From Stramenopiles sp. TOSAG23-3 (taxonomy: Eukaryota): a stretch of DNA of 44,869 bases. Location: NCBI GenBank assembly GCA_900128585.1, contig LT642172.1, positions 1-44,869 of the forward strand, given 5' to 3'. A program made the translations under genes and the position numbers. Position 1 is the first letter of the stretch. Every line of letters begins with the position of its first letter. This document shows, piece by piece, positions 28,862-38,050 of this stretch. The notes beneath the pieces are model-generated. The model was not told the DNA's origin. It worked only from the letters and a program-made list of their open reading frames with translations, and made no database searches.

Positions 28862-29044
28862 AAAGAAGAAGAAGAAGAAGAAGAAGAAGAAGAAGAAGAA
28901 GAAGAAGAAGAAGAAGAAGAAGAAGAAGAAGAAGAANNNNNNNNNNNNNNNNNNNNNNNNNNNNNNNNNNAAGAAGAAGAAGAAGAAGAAGAAGAAGAAG
29001 AAGAAGAAGAAGAAGAAGAAGAAGAAGAAGAAGAAGAAGAAGAA
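28862..29044. repeat. (GAA)n microsatellite spanning an assembly gap
   Basis: Pure GAA tracts flank the N run at 28937-28970. Confidence 0.97.
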
Positions 29045-29367
29045 AAGAACAAACAACAAAGAAGAGAAAAAATATGATGAGAGAGAGAAGAGAGAGAAAA
29101 AAATGATGAGGAGAGAAAAAATGATGAATGTTTGAATGAATGTTAATTTGATATTTGAATTTATACATGTACTTGAAATGTTATGAAACGACATAATCGG
29201 GTTTATTATTAACAATAGAAGGTTACTGAAATTGATTCAGTGTGTGTGCACATTTAAATTGATTTTTTTATATATCTTCTTACCACATCGTTTCGCACGA
29301 AAAGCCACAACAGTACAGTGGTGCACGTCGAGTTACAGCAGTGTTTTTCAAACGATATTTTTCAACA

Positions 29368-29931
29368 ATGGCCGAAGAAAGTGGAACGTCGTCGACTTGG
29401 TTTGGTGTCACGGGTTGCAATGCTGGTGGAAAGACTACAATTTGCCAGTATTTAGTGGAGAAAAAAGGTTTCAAAATGTCTTCCTGCAGTGATTCGATTC
29501 GAGCGTGGCTAAGAGAACAAGGCATGGAAATTTGCCGAGAGAACTTAATTCAAGGGGGGAGGACGTTACGAGGACAGGGGGGGGGTGGAGTATTGGCAGA
29601 GATGCTCCTCAAAGCAAACGAGGGAGTTCCCAATTTCATCATTGACTCCGTGCGAACCCCAGACGAAGTCACAGCGCTGAAAAAAAAAGCCGGATTCAAA
29701 TTGATCGAAGTCCGAGCAACACGTGCCAACCGATGGGACCGTATGTTACAACGTGGGCGTAAAGGAGATCCTACGGATTACGATACTTTCGTAGCACAAG
29801 AAGAAGCAGAATTAACGGCCAAAGATAGTTCTGGGCAAAACTTAAATGCCACTGCTGCATTGGCAGATATTATCATTGAAAACGATGGGGACATAGATGC
29901 ATTGAACAAACAATTGGATCAACTCTGTTGA
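29368..29931 (+). CDS. P-loop nucleoside-monophosphate/dephospho-CoA kinase-like protein (UPF0200/COG0237-like)
   Basis: GVTGCNAGGKTT (Walker A), SCSDSIR, RENLIQGGRTLR, IIDSVRTPDEV, RWDRMLQRGRKGD and ADIIIENDG. First ATG at 29368. Confidence 0.85.
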   Translation: MAEESGTSSTWFGVTGCNAGGKTTICQYLVEKKGFKMSSCSDSIRAWLREQGMEICRENLIQGGRTLRGQGGGGVLAEMLLKANEGVPNFIIDSVRTPDEVTALKKKAGFKLIEVRATRANRWDRMLQRGRKGDPTDYDTFVAQEEAELTAKDSSGQNLNATAALADIIIENDGDIDALNKQLDQLC

Positions 29932-30432
29932 ACGGCACACAATCTGTCGTCTTCGAAGCAATTTTTTTGCTGTCGTTAGTTGTTGTTTGTTGTTTTTGAT
30001 GGGCGGAATGTGAATCTGCTGAATGAAAATCTATTAATACCAGGTCAGGTACCTTGTTGTAAGAAGTTTCAATTTGTCTTCTTCTATCTTCTTCGTCGAA
30101 GAAATATATTCTTTATTTTTATTTAATAGTATTATTAATATACTTATATTTCAATAGGGTTATTATATACTATAATATTATTGTAGTTGTATTTTATACA
30201 TACTATATATATACATAATAGATCCACACACTTTTTTCTTTTCTCTCCTCCTTCTTCTTTTTTTTTTTTTTTTTTTTTTTCATTCTTCTTCCCCAATTAT
30301 TTTCGGTTGAATGAAGATGTTCAATGTCATTCATGCTGGTGTGTTTTCTATGCAGATTTTTTATATAGACATACATAAAACGAACGGTCTATTCATAAAA
30401 TAAGTACAAATTTTGTAGAGATAAAAGGCGAG

Positions 30433-31287
30433 ATGTCAAGGGCGTTCCTTCGTATTTTGAGAAACCCAACCTCCGCGGAAGAATGGCGTGGTCAGAGGCG
30501 GCGGGTGGTGGAACGGGGGGATAGCATTCGAGTTTCATGCGTTGGACACGCCCAGGAAGACAAACGCATAGATGCCGGGCTGTTTGAAGACGACGTGGTC
30601 ATATTCGTATGCGGGGAGGGGCGAGGGTTACTTATGCCCGTGCTAGACGATTTCTGCGTTGGAATGGGTCTTCACGAAACGAAAGAGCTCGTGGTAACCC
30701 CGGCAGACGACGGGCACCCTCAACCGACCAGGGACCCCGCGCTTATTGTATCGTACCCCGTGGGCAGCGCAAAGGTAAAAGTTGGCATGACCGTACGAAT
30801 AAACCACGAGGGGGAGTATAGGCTCGCTACGGTAAATAGACTGCAAGGTGATACCGCGACGTTAGATATGAACGACCCGTTGGCAGGGCTCACCCTCGTG
30901 TACAACGTGAGCGTCGAAGCATTCGATGCGGACATCGACCGTTACAAGAATTTGTTCCCGCCGCCGGTTCACGTCCCGGACAAAACCTTCAATCTTGCGG
31001 AACTAAGTGTCTACAATGGAAAGGACAGCCGGCGCATTTTTATTGGCTGCCAAGGCTTGGTCTATGATGTAACCTCTGGCCGGAAGTTTTACGGCCCAGG
31101 GGGCTCGTACGGGTTCCTCGCCGGCTGCGATGCCACCGTAGCGCTTGCAAAGTTTTCAATGAATCCTAAATTTGTAAATATTCCTTGGGTATTGGACGAT
31201 TTTGACGAAGAAGAGATCAACGCCCTGGCAAATTACGTCCGTACGTTCACCAAAAAGTATCCCATCGTAGGGCGCGTGCAACGGTAA
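30433..31287 (+). CDS. SlyD-type FKBP domain fused to cytochrome b5-like heme/steroid-binding (MAPR) domain
   Basis: GMGLHETKELVVTP...RDPALI...KVGM...TATLDMNDPLAGLTLVYNVSV (SlyD-like), then FNLAELSVYNG...GLVYDVTSGRKFYGPGGSYGFLAGCDATVALAKFS...KKYPIVG (PGRMC/Dap1-like). Confidence 0.88.
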   Translation: MSRAFLRILRNPTSAEEWRGQRRRVVERGDSIRVSCVGHAQEDKRIDAGLFEDDVVIFVCGEGRGLLMPVLDDFCVGMGLHETKELVVTPADDGHPQPTRDPALIVSYPVGSAKVKVGMTVRINHEGEYRLATVNRLQGDTATLDMNDPLAGLTLVYNVSVEAFDADIDRYKNLFPPPVHVPDKTFNLAELSVYNGKDSRRIFIGCQGLVYDVTSGRKFYGPGGSYGFLAGCDATVALAKFSMNPKFVNIPWVLDDFDEEEINALANYVRTFTKKYPIVGRVQR

Positions 31288-31746
31288 ATATTACGAAAAA
31301 TCCACGATGGCAACCCAAAATTATTTTTTCATTCTCTTTTTCTTTAAAATTATAAAATAGTTTCTCGTCTCTTCCATTTTGACACTGAAAGAAAAAAAGA
31401 AGAGAAGCACGACGTGTCAGTCAGTCGTCGTCGTGGCTTATATTTTGTAGAAAACTATATACGAGTAAGTACAATATTAATATACTAAAAAAGGAAGTAT
31501 TAACGTACGAACCAATATAAATCTCTGCTGATTTTTTTATTTGGAAGAAGTTGTGGTTGGATGATGATAATACACATTTTGTACATTTTTATAGGGAAGG
31601 CAGGAAAATTTTTGCAATTTTAAAGTGTCAAATGTGATTTTAAATACAAAATTATTGTCAAGATTTTTTATTGATATTATGGTTGTGATTGGACTATGAA
31701 GAAACAGTTGTTATGTTGGCTTTAACAGGAAAAAAATAAGAAAACA

Positions 31747-34700
31747 ATGGACACCCTTACCGAGGATCTTAAGAAACTTGTAAAGGCGAAAGATTTGACT
31801 CTTGCCCAGGCAATAGAGTTGAGCAAGCAGGAGGCCCCCAAAGATGAATCTGCAAAACTTCCAACGTTACTGAGTCAGATGGATAACATAAATCCCCGAA
31901 GCATGTACGATGACCTCGTCGACATCCGAGGGGGTCCGCGCTGGGGGGGGGCTACGGTGGTCCATTTGGAACAAAAGGGCCGGGGCAGTTTGCTGCGCAC
32001 GACGGACGTCAACTTAGAACTTACTAAGGAGGGGAGCACTGAGGTGAAGGAGAAAACTAAGCCGAAAACAATCGCAGCACTCTGCGAAGCAGAAGAGGGA
32101 AACTTGACAGCAACGCGGTGGGTGCTTCTCTCCGTTTCAACCATAGAGAGAAATAATCGCACGAAGAAAACCGACTGGGCCGGTAAGAAAAGAAAAATGC
32201 CCAAGTGCGGAAAATGCAAATTAAAATTGAAGCGCTCCTCTTATGCGGGAAAGGGCTACAAGAATGGTTTCATCTGCAACACTTGTGGGGGGCGGTCCAG
32301 GAATGCTGCGGTTCAAACCGGTGCGCGTTGGTTCTGCCACAAGTGCCATTACGACGTGTGCTTTTCCTGCTGCCCTCGGTTTGCAAAGAGAAAGTACCGA
32401 CTCCCAACTAACCCTACACTGCCCGAGACCGGGAATGTGGACGTGCCCGTGAACCCCTCGGCCAAAAAATTATTGTCTCAGTTTCCCGGCACACACGGTG
32501 CAAATGATTTGGAAGAGTGCAGGATATACGTGTGCAGCCTGCGATCGAACGAGGTCGTCCATTTCAAGACCGGGGACCGCCGGTTGCTGGACTATATTTA
32601 CGAATCGAACGGGAACGAGGGGGAGAAATGCCCTGTCGCGTGGAACAAACTTGTAATTCAAGCCTTGCCGGGTCATTCCGTTCGCAACCTCAAGACACCG
32701 ATGCTGCGACATTTTTTTGCGGGTGGGACGAAGGACAAGACCAATCTTAGCATATCGCTTCTTCAAGTCTGGGTCCGTTTCCGCCCGGGCCTGTTCAGCA
32801 ACAAGGGGGGCTTAAGTGGGCCTACCATCAAGGAAGCTAAACCACTCATAGAATCCCGAGCACCAAAACATGCATTGCAAATCATGAAACAGGCCACGCT
32901 CGACGAAAATACGGTTGAAACGATGACCCTTCCTTCCGAATATTCGAAAGAAATGCAAAACCTTATGTTTTTGGAAACTCCTGGAGAGAACCCGTGTTTT
33001 CTGTGCAAAGGGACGGGTTTGCGGTACGTCGCAATGGAAACGGTGTACGGAAAACCGGAGCGATCTAGCCGGCACAGTGCTGCTGCCCTTTTCGCTGAAG
33101 CAGAGATAGAGGACCGTGACGATGGGGCGGGGACCGTCCGTGGGGTTGATTTTACTGACCTAGGCGAAAGGTTAAAAGCCGACCTCGAGTACCAGGAGGG
33201 TGGTGGCAAAAATGGGGAGGAGAAAGGTTCGTGGGGGAGTTCTCTCTACGATAAAGTAGCAACAGGAGCACGCTGGGCCACGGGATCTCATGAAGAAGAC
33301 ACCGATGGTAACGAGAGAAAAAGAGACGATGGCGGCGACAAAAGTATGGGGGATAGTGCCCGGAAACCGGCGGCAGACGACCACGATGAACCATTTAAAA
33401 CACACAGTGGGAACAAGGTGGCCCCGTCTCCTGAGGAGGTGCTACGGCACCAACGCTCAGAACAGTGCGAAGAATGCTGGGTGTGTATGGGCACGGGGAA
33501 AATGAACAACATGGCGACTGCCATGAAGCGTAACTTGGACAACGAAAAGGGGGGGGAGGAAGCGGACGAGTGCTTGATCTGCTACTGTGACCCTCAACAA
33601 TATGGCATTAGTACAGAATGCTCCCATTTTTTCTGCGAAACGTGTATCAAACTTCAGCTGGATACAATTATGAACTCGGGAAAGTTTCCTGGGTACTGCC
33701 CCATTTGTGAGGCCAATGCTCCGAAGGGGGAAGCGCCCCGATATGGAAAAATTACGGGAAAGGCCATGACGTTCTTGCAGCGGCATGGGATAGTGACGAA
33801 AGAGTTTCAGTTTCGTTTCATGCGCAAACAGACAGAGCAAGAAGGAAATAGCTTCTTTGCATGCCCTGGTAAATGCGGGAACTACTTGGTTGACGCGGAC
33901 CCTACATACGTTCTGAGATCTTCTGGGGAAGTTGCCACCAAGATCGAGAAATGCCCCTGTGGCCAAGGGGTTTGCCTGCAATGCCACGAGGCAGTCCCGG
34001 ACAAGAAAATTGAGAGCCACACTTGCCCGTCCGATAAGCGCTCGCGCGCCCATGACGATGCCGCGACGCTCGAGCTAATGAAAAAACTGGGGAAAAAGTG
34101 CCCTAACTGCAACATGTTTATCGTGAAGAACTCTGGGTGCGACGTGATGATGTGCGGTGACAAAGCCCACGGCGATCTGCGGAGGGCCATCAAGAACGGG
34201 GGCTGTGGACAAACCTTCTACTGGACAAGTTTGAAAACGTTTGAAGATACGATCACCAATTTGAATGGCAAGCGAGTGAGGTGCAATCCCCCCAAAAAAT
34301 ACAAGAACGAAATCCTGGCGTACAAGAAGAAAATTGGCATCAATATTTCCGCGGAGGAAGAAAAGGCCGCGAAAAAGTTCCTGGAATCAGGCAGCAGCGG
34401 GGCGCTGTTCAAAGGCTCGTACAAAGACAGGAAGAGGGTTGGGGGGGCATTGCTCTGGGACGCCTGTCTTCGGAACGACAGGCGCCTTGTTATGATGATG
34501 TTCCGCCGATATGACTATGATGAACACAAGGCTACGCGGGCGAGCGTGGACTATCTCGTTCCCGGGATGCCATACCCCAATTTTGGTGCAATCTTTTGGA
34601 CATTCTTCCACTTTCCATTTTATCCGATTTTTTTCTTAATCAGTGTGATCGGCTGCAAATCGAGGGTCGGGGTCTCCAGACGGGTGATGATTTGGGACGA

Positions 34701-36825
34701 CATGTGGTTTGCCCATTTGTTTCTCTACACGTTCATGTGGTGGTCCATGGTGTACTGGTTCGGTGGGTTTGCGTACCCGCTGGTTGACCACCAGTTCCCC
34801 ACGGGCCTTGTCTTCGGTATATTTTTCTGCTTGCCAGCATCTTCGTGGGCGGCTTTCTTGGGCATAACCGGTTCGTTCAACACTCCCTTGACGATTGCTG
34901 CCCGGCTGGGGCATGACGATATTGTACAACTCTTGCTGCTTCATGGAGCAGATGCGGACCGGGCTTCCTCCGCGGACATGACACCTGGACTGGCGGCGGC
35001 TGTGAACCCAAACTGTTACAGCAGAAGGCGGGTGGTCCGTGCACTTTTAAGGTACCGCCCTGGCGCCATGGACCGTGCGCGGAATACGTGCACCCCGAAT
35101 TCCCTGGCAATAGCTACCTGCAGAATACCGCACCGTTGCCGGGCTGCTGATGTCAAAAGACTCTTCAAGACTAGCCTCTGCTCATTGTTTGCCGTAGGTC
35201 TCGCCCTTGTGCTAGAGCTTACGACAGGCCATGGCCGTTGCAACACAGTTAAAGAAAACTTCTGCAATAACCGGAGCAACACAAAACCGTTCAAATTGGA
35301 CTTCGTTTACCCTCCCGACAGCAGCGACCGCCGCTTGTTTTCGCGCCATCGCGGCGATCATTGGCTCGAACCCGCTGTGGCGGTCTCCAAAAGGCCCGCT
35401 CATGGTTTGCGGCGCTTAATAGACCAAAAGTGCAGGGTTCGCTTTTACAACGTTGATGGGTGCACGGCGAATCAGGATTGCGAACGTGTAACGTTTCGAG
35501 CGAAAAAAAAAATCGAGGACGTACAGTGTTGTGGCTCGAGCGGTGAGTGCAAGGTGAGGGAAAACGGAGACCAATACTTTAGCATGGGAGAGTGGAATCT
35601 TCCCAACAGATGCGAGAAGGCTAAATTTGTCCGCGTCTCAAGCGGTTGTTCGATCAAACTAGACATTTATGACAAAGGAGTGAAGGAAGGTACTGCGATG
35701 CACACGGGTTTGGAGAATGAACAAAAAATCAAGCGGTTCCGAGTAGTCCCCCGACTGAAAACTGTGACGGTAATAGACAAAATAAATATTGATGGTTGGT
35801 TCAAAATAGAAAAACCAGAAAAGATTCGTTGCGCTGATCGTATTTGTGACGTTGTGAAAGATGCTGACAAGTGCTGCAGGGCAAAATGTTCGACCATTGC
35901 AGACCCCGCTACGTTCTGCAAGGGATCGGGGGAGAAATTAATCAAAAGTGCAGACTCGTTCCTGTGCGAAGGCCCCGTCTGTGACAGGAAGAGGGCAGGC
36001 GATATCAATCAGTGTTGTCAACGGCAAACTTGTGGTTCCTCTCTTTGGGATTATCCAAACTTGTGCAATGCAATTGGTCGCACTGGAATAAAAATTTCTC
36101 AAAAGCAAAGACGGTGTGCAGAATTTAGCTGCCTGAGCAAGGCCGACATTGAGACCTGTTGTGAGTCTACGTGCGGCCAGATTCCTGTGGCACACCAGGC
36201 ACAGTTTTGCAACAATTATGCGTATCGAAACAGGTATACGTTTGTTTACAAGAACTGGCTGCTATATCCACGCCCCGACATTGTTATTCCACGCCTTTAC
36301 AATTTTTACACGTTGGAGTTTGATGTCCTGTGGCGAGTCAAAAAGACTGCTCAAGAGAATAATTTAGACTTGCTCTTTCAGGTCCATGGCAGCGACAGGG
36401 ATTCATACTTTAACGGCCCACGTAAATCGTTCCCGCAGGTAAACGTAAACACTGTCACCGGGGAAGTCCTGATATATCATCAACAGCGAAGTTTTGGACC
36501 TCTCGTTCGTTTGGCGTTGGGTATAAAGAGCCGCATAAAATTGCGCTTGCAAGGCACATCATTCAAGGTTTGGCAAGACGATGCGTTGGCAATAAACGCC
36601 AACGTGAATCGCGTAGATCTTAACGACCGACGGCCCCACGGAGTCATGGCAATCTACAACAGCCGAACTTTGAATTGGGGGTACCGGAACAGAGTAAGAA
36701 TCGCTAATTTCACAATGAACGGCGGAGGACCACTGAAAGACGACGCGGACAAAATATTTTGTGGCGTCACTGAGAACGATCACATTTGCAAGGAAAAAAG
36801 GGATAGGGCTAAATGTTGCCGATAA
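31747..36825 (+). CDS. Multipass membrane RBR (RING-IBR-RING) E3 ubiquitin ligase with Zn fingers, ankyrin repeats and Cys-rich C-terminal region
   Basis: ZZ-like CNTC...WFCHKCHYDVCFSC; RING1 CLIC...CSHFFCETC...CPIC; IBR CPGKC...CPCGQGVCLQC...HTC; RING2 KKCPNCNMFIVKNSGCDVMMC; hydrophobic segments; NTPLTIAARLGHDDIVQLLLLHGAD ankyrin; C-terminal Cx..C..CC repeats. Confidence 0.88.
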   Translation: MDTLTEDLKKLVKAKDLTLAQAIELSKQEAPKDESAKLPTLLSQMDNINPRSMYDDLVDIRGGPRWGGATVVHLEQKGRGSLLRTTDVNLELTKEGSTEVKEKTKPKTIAALCEAEEGNLTATRWVLLSVSTIERNNRTKKTDWAGKKRKMPKCGKCKLKLKRSSYAGKGYKNGFICNTCGGRSRNAAVQTGARWFCHKCHYDVCFSCCPRFAKRKYRLPTNPTLPETGNVDVPVNPSAKKLLSQFPGTHGANDLEECRIYVCSLRSNEVVHFKTGDRRLLDYIYESNGNEGEKCPVAWNKLVIQALPGHSVRNLKTPMLRHFFAGGTKDKTNLSISLLQVWVRFRPGLFSNKGGLSGPTIKEAKPLIESRAPKHALQIMKQATLDENTVETMTLPSEYSKEMQNLMFLETPGENPCFLCKGTGLRYVAMETVYGKPERSSRHSAAALFAEAEIEDRDDGAGTVRGVDFTDLGERLKADLEYQEGGGKNGEEKGSWGSSLYDKVATGARWATGSHEEDTDGNERKRDDGGDKSMGDSARKPAADDHDEPFKTHSGNKVAPSPEEVLRHQRSEQCEECWVCMGTGKMNNMATAMKRNLDNEKGGEEADECLICYCDPQQYGISTECSHFFCETCIKLQLDTIMNSGKFPGYCPICEANAPKGEAPRYGKITGKAMTFLQRHGIVTKEFQFRFMRKQTEQEGNSFFACPGKCGNYLVDADPTYVLRSSGEVATKIEKCPCGQGVCLQCHEAVPDKKIESHTCPSDKRSRAHDDAATLELMKKLGKKCPNCNMFIVKNSGCDVMMCGDKAHGDLRRAIKNGGCGQTFYWTSLKTFEDTITNLNGKRVRCNPPKKYKNEILAYKKKIGINISAEEEKAAKKFLESGSSGALFKGSYKDRKRVGGALLWDACLRNDRRLVMMMFRRYDYDEHKATRASVDYLVPGMPYPNFGAIFWTFFHFPFYPIFFLISVIGCKSRVGVSRRVMIWDDMWFAHLFLYTFMWWSMVYWFGGFAYPLVDHQFPTGLVFGIFFCLPASSWAAFLGITGSFNTPLTIAARLGHDDIVQLLLLHGADADRASSADMTPGLAAAVNPNCYSRRRVVRALLRYRPGAMDRARNTCTPNSLAIATCRIPHRCRAADVKRLFKTSLCSLFAVGLALVLELTTGHGRCNTVKENFCNNRSNTKPFKLDFVYPPDSSDRRLFSRHRGDHWLEPAVAVSKRPAHGLRRLIDQKCRVRFYNVDGCTANQDCERVTFRAKKKIEDVQCCGSSGECKVRENGDQYFSMGEWNLPNRCEKAKFVRVSSGCSIKLDIYDKGVKEGTAMHTGLENEQKIKRFRVVPRLKTVTVIDKINIDGWFKIEKPEKIRCADRICDVVKDADKCCRAKCSTIADPATFCKGSGEKLIKSADSFLCEGPVCDRKRAGDINQCCQRQTCGSSLWDYPNLCNAIGRTGIKISQKQRRCAEFSCLSKADIETCCESTCGQIPVAHQAQFCNNYAYRNRYTFVYKNWLLYPRPDIVIPRLYNFYTLEFDVLWRVKKTAQENNLDLLFQVHGSDRDSYFNGPRKSFPQVNVNTVTGEVLIYHQQRSFGPLVRLALGIKSRIKLRLQGTSFKVWQDDALAINANVNRVDLNDRRPHGVMAIYNSRTLNWGYRNRVRIANFTMNGGGPLKDDADKIFCGVTENDHICKEKRDRAKCCR

Positions 36826-36977
36826 TCGTTTAACCGAAATTGTGTTTTGTTTGCTCTTTCTCCGTTTTAGAATATCCAACAACGTGTCAAGAACCGAACC
36901 CGCTGGTACCTGTATAATATTTCGGGTTCCTGGTAGTAGTTCGTTGTTGGTAGAAGAAAAAAAAAGAAAAAAATTAA

Positions 36978-37020
36978 AGAAAGAAGAAGAAGAAGAAGAA
37001 GAAGAAGAAGAAGAAGAAGA
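36978..37020. repeat. (GAA)n microsatellite abutting an assembly gap
   Basis: GAA tract runs into the N run at 37021-37121. Confidence 0.95.
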
Positions 37021-37366
37021 NNNNNNNNNNNNNNNNNNNNNNNNNNNNNNNNNNNNNNNNNNNNNNNNNNNNNNNNNNNNNNNNNNNNNNNNNNNNNNNN
37101 NNNNNNNNNNNNNNNNNNNNNAATAAATAATAATTCAAAAAACTACCTTTTTTCTACAAATGGCGCCATCGGATTCGTAGACTACCTCCTTTCTTTCTTT
37201 TCTTTCTTATAGCTTTTTCACGTTCCCAACTTTTGTTTGCTTTCACTTTAGTAGTGGAATTGTCCTCTTCCACCCAATAGATGTGCATAATTACAACAAG
37301 GTTTTCAATTTGAAGAACAGAATTACCCGAGGAAACGCCCGCGGAACCTTCCCTGTTAGCGCCACA

Positions 37367-37747
37367 ATGCAGGCGAGAACGTATGAGTATGACCGTGCAA
37401 CGACGTACCTGAGTGACGCGACTGCCCAAGCTTTGCGCCGCAAAGAGGGTGTGAAGGCGGAAGATCCGGTGCTATCGCAGACGTACTGGATGCCGTCTTC
37501 GTCGTCCCCTGCAAAAATGAAGAGTGCCGCCTTAAAGCAGCAGTCCACGTTCCATAGAAGAAAACCTATCAAGCCAATTGTTTTCACGGAAAAAGACCGG
37601 CAAACCCTAGGGGAAGTCGAGACTCGGGTCGACAATGTAGAGAAAGACATTTTCAGCATCATACAGCAGATGCACGTGTCGTACGCGATATATTCGTCGA
37701 CGGCAAAATCCATCAACAAAGAGCTGGCCCGGCTGAAGGTGGCGTAG
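37367..37747 (+). CDS. Hypothetical protein with C-terminal coiled coil
   Basis: ATG at 37367 in an ACAATG context like other starts here; coding-like GC; ends LGEVETRVDNVEKDI...INKELARLKVA. Confidence 0.6.
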   Translation: MQARTYEYDRATTYLSDATAQALRRKEGVKAEDPVLSQTYWMPSSSSPAKMKSAALKQQSTFHRRKPIKPIVFTEKDRQTLGEVETRVDNVEKDIFSIIQQMHVSYAIYSSTAKSINKELARLKVA

Positions 37748-38050
37748 GAGACGTCTGCGGCACGAGATAGGGAGGGAGAGGCCTTGTTGGTTGGCACGTA
37801 CATAAAACACCTTTTTACTGATGGTCTGGCGTACTGTCATGACGCGCGTGTAAAAAAACTAATGGATATAGTATGTTTGACGCGCGTGTGTATCTTTACG
37901 AAAAGTACATAATATAACGTATATCATTAGTTTATTTTTTATAATATCGTATTTTGTCACTATTTACTTGGAAACCCTAAAACATACACGTGCAAATATA
38001 AAAGATGCGCGTGCGTGTGCACCACTAATCGTTCGTGTTCGATGCCCTAC

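Noticed and set aside
28794-29215. Poly-Leu/Phe/Ser/Glu ORFs
   Set aside because: Translations of the (GAA)n microsatellite across an N gap.
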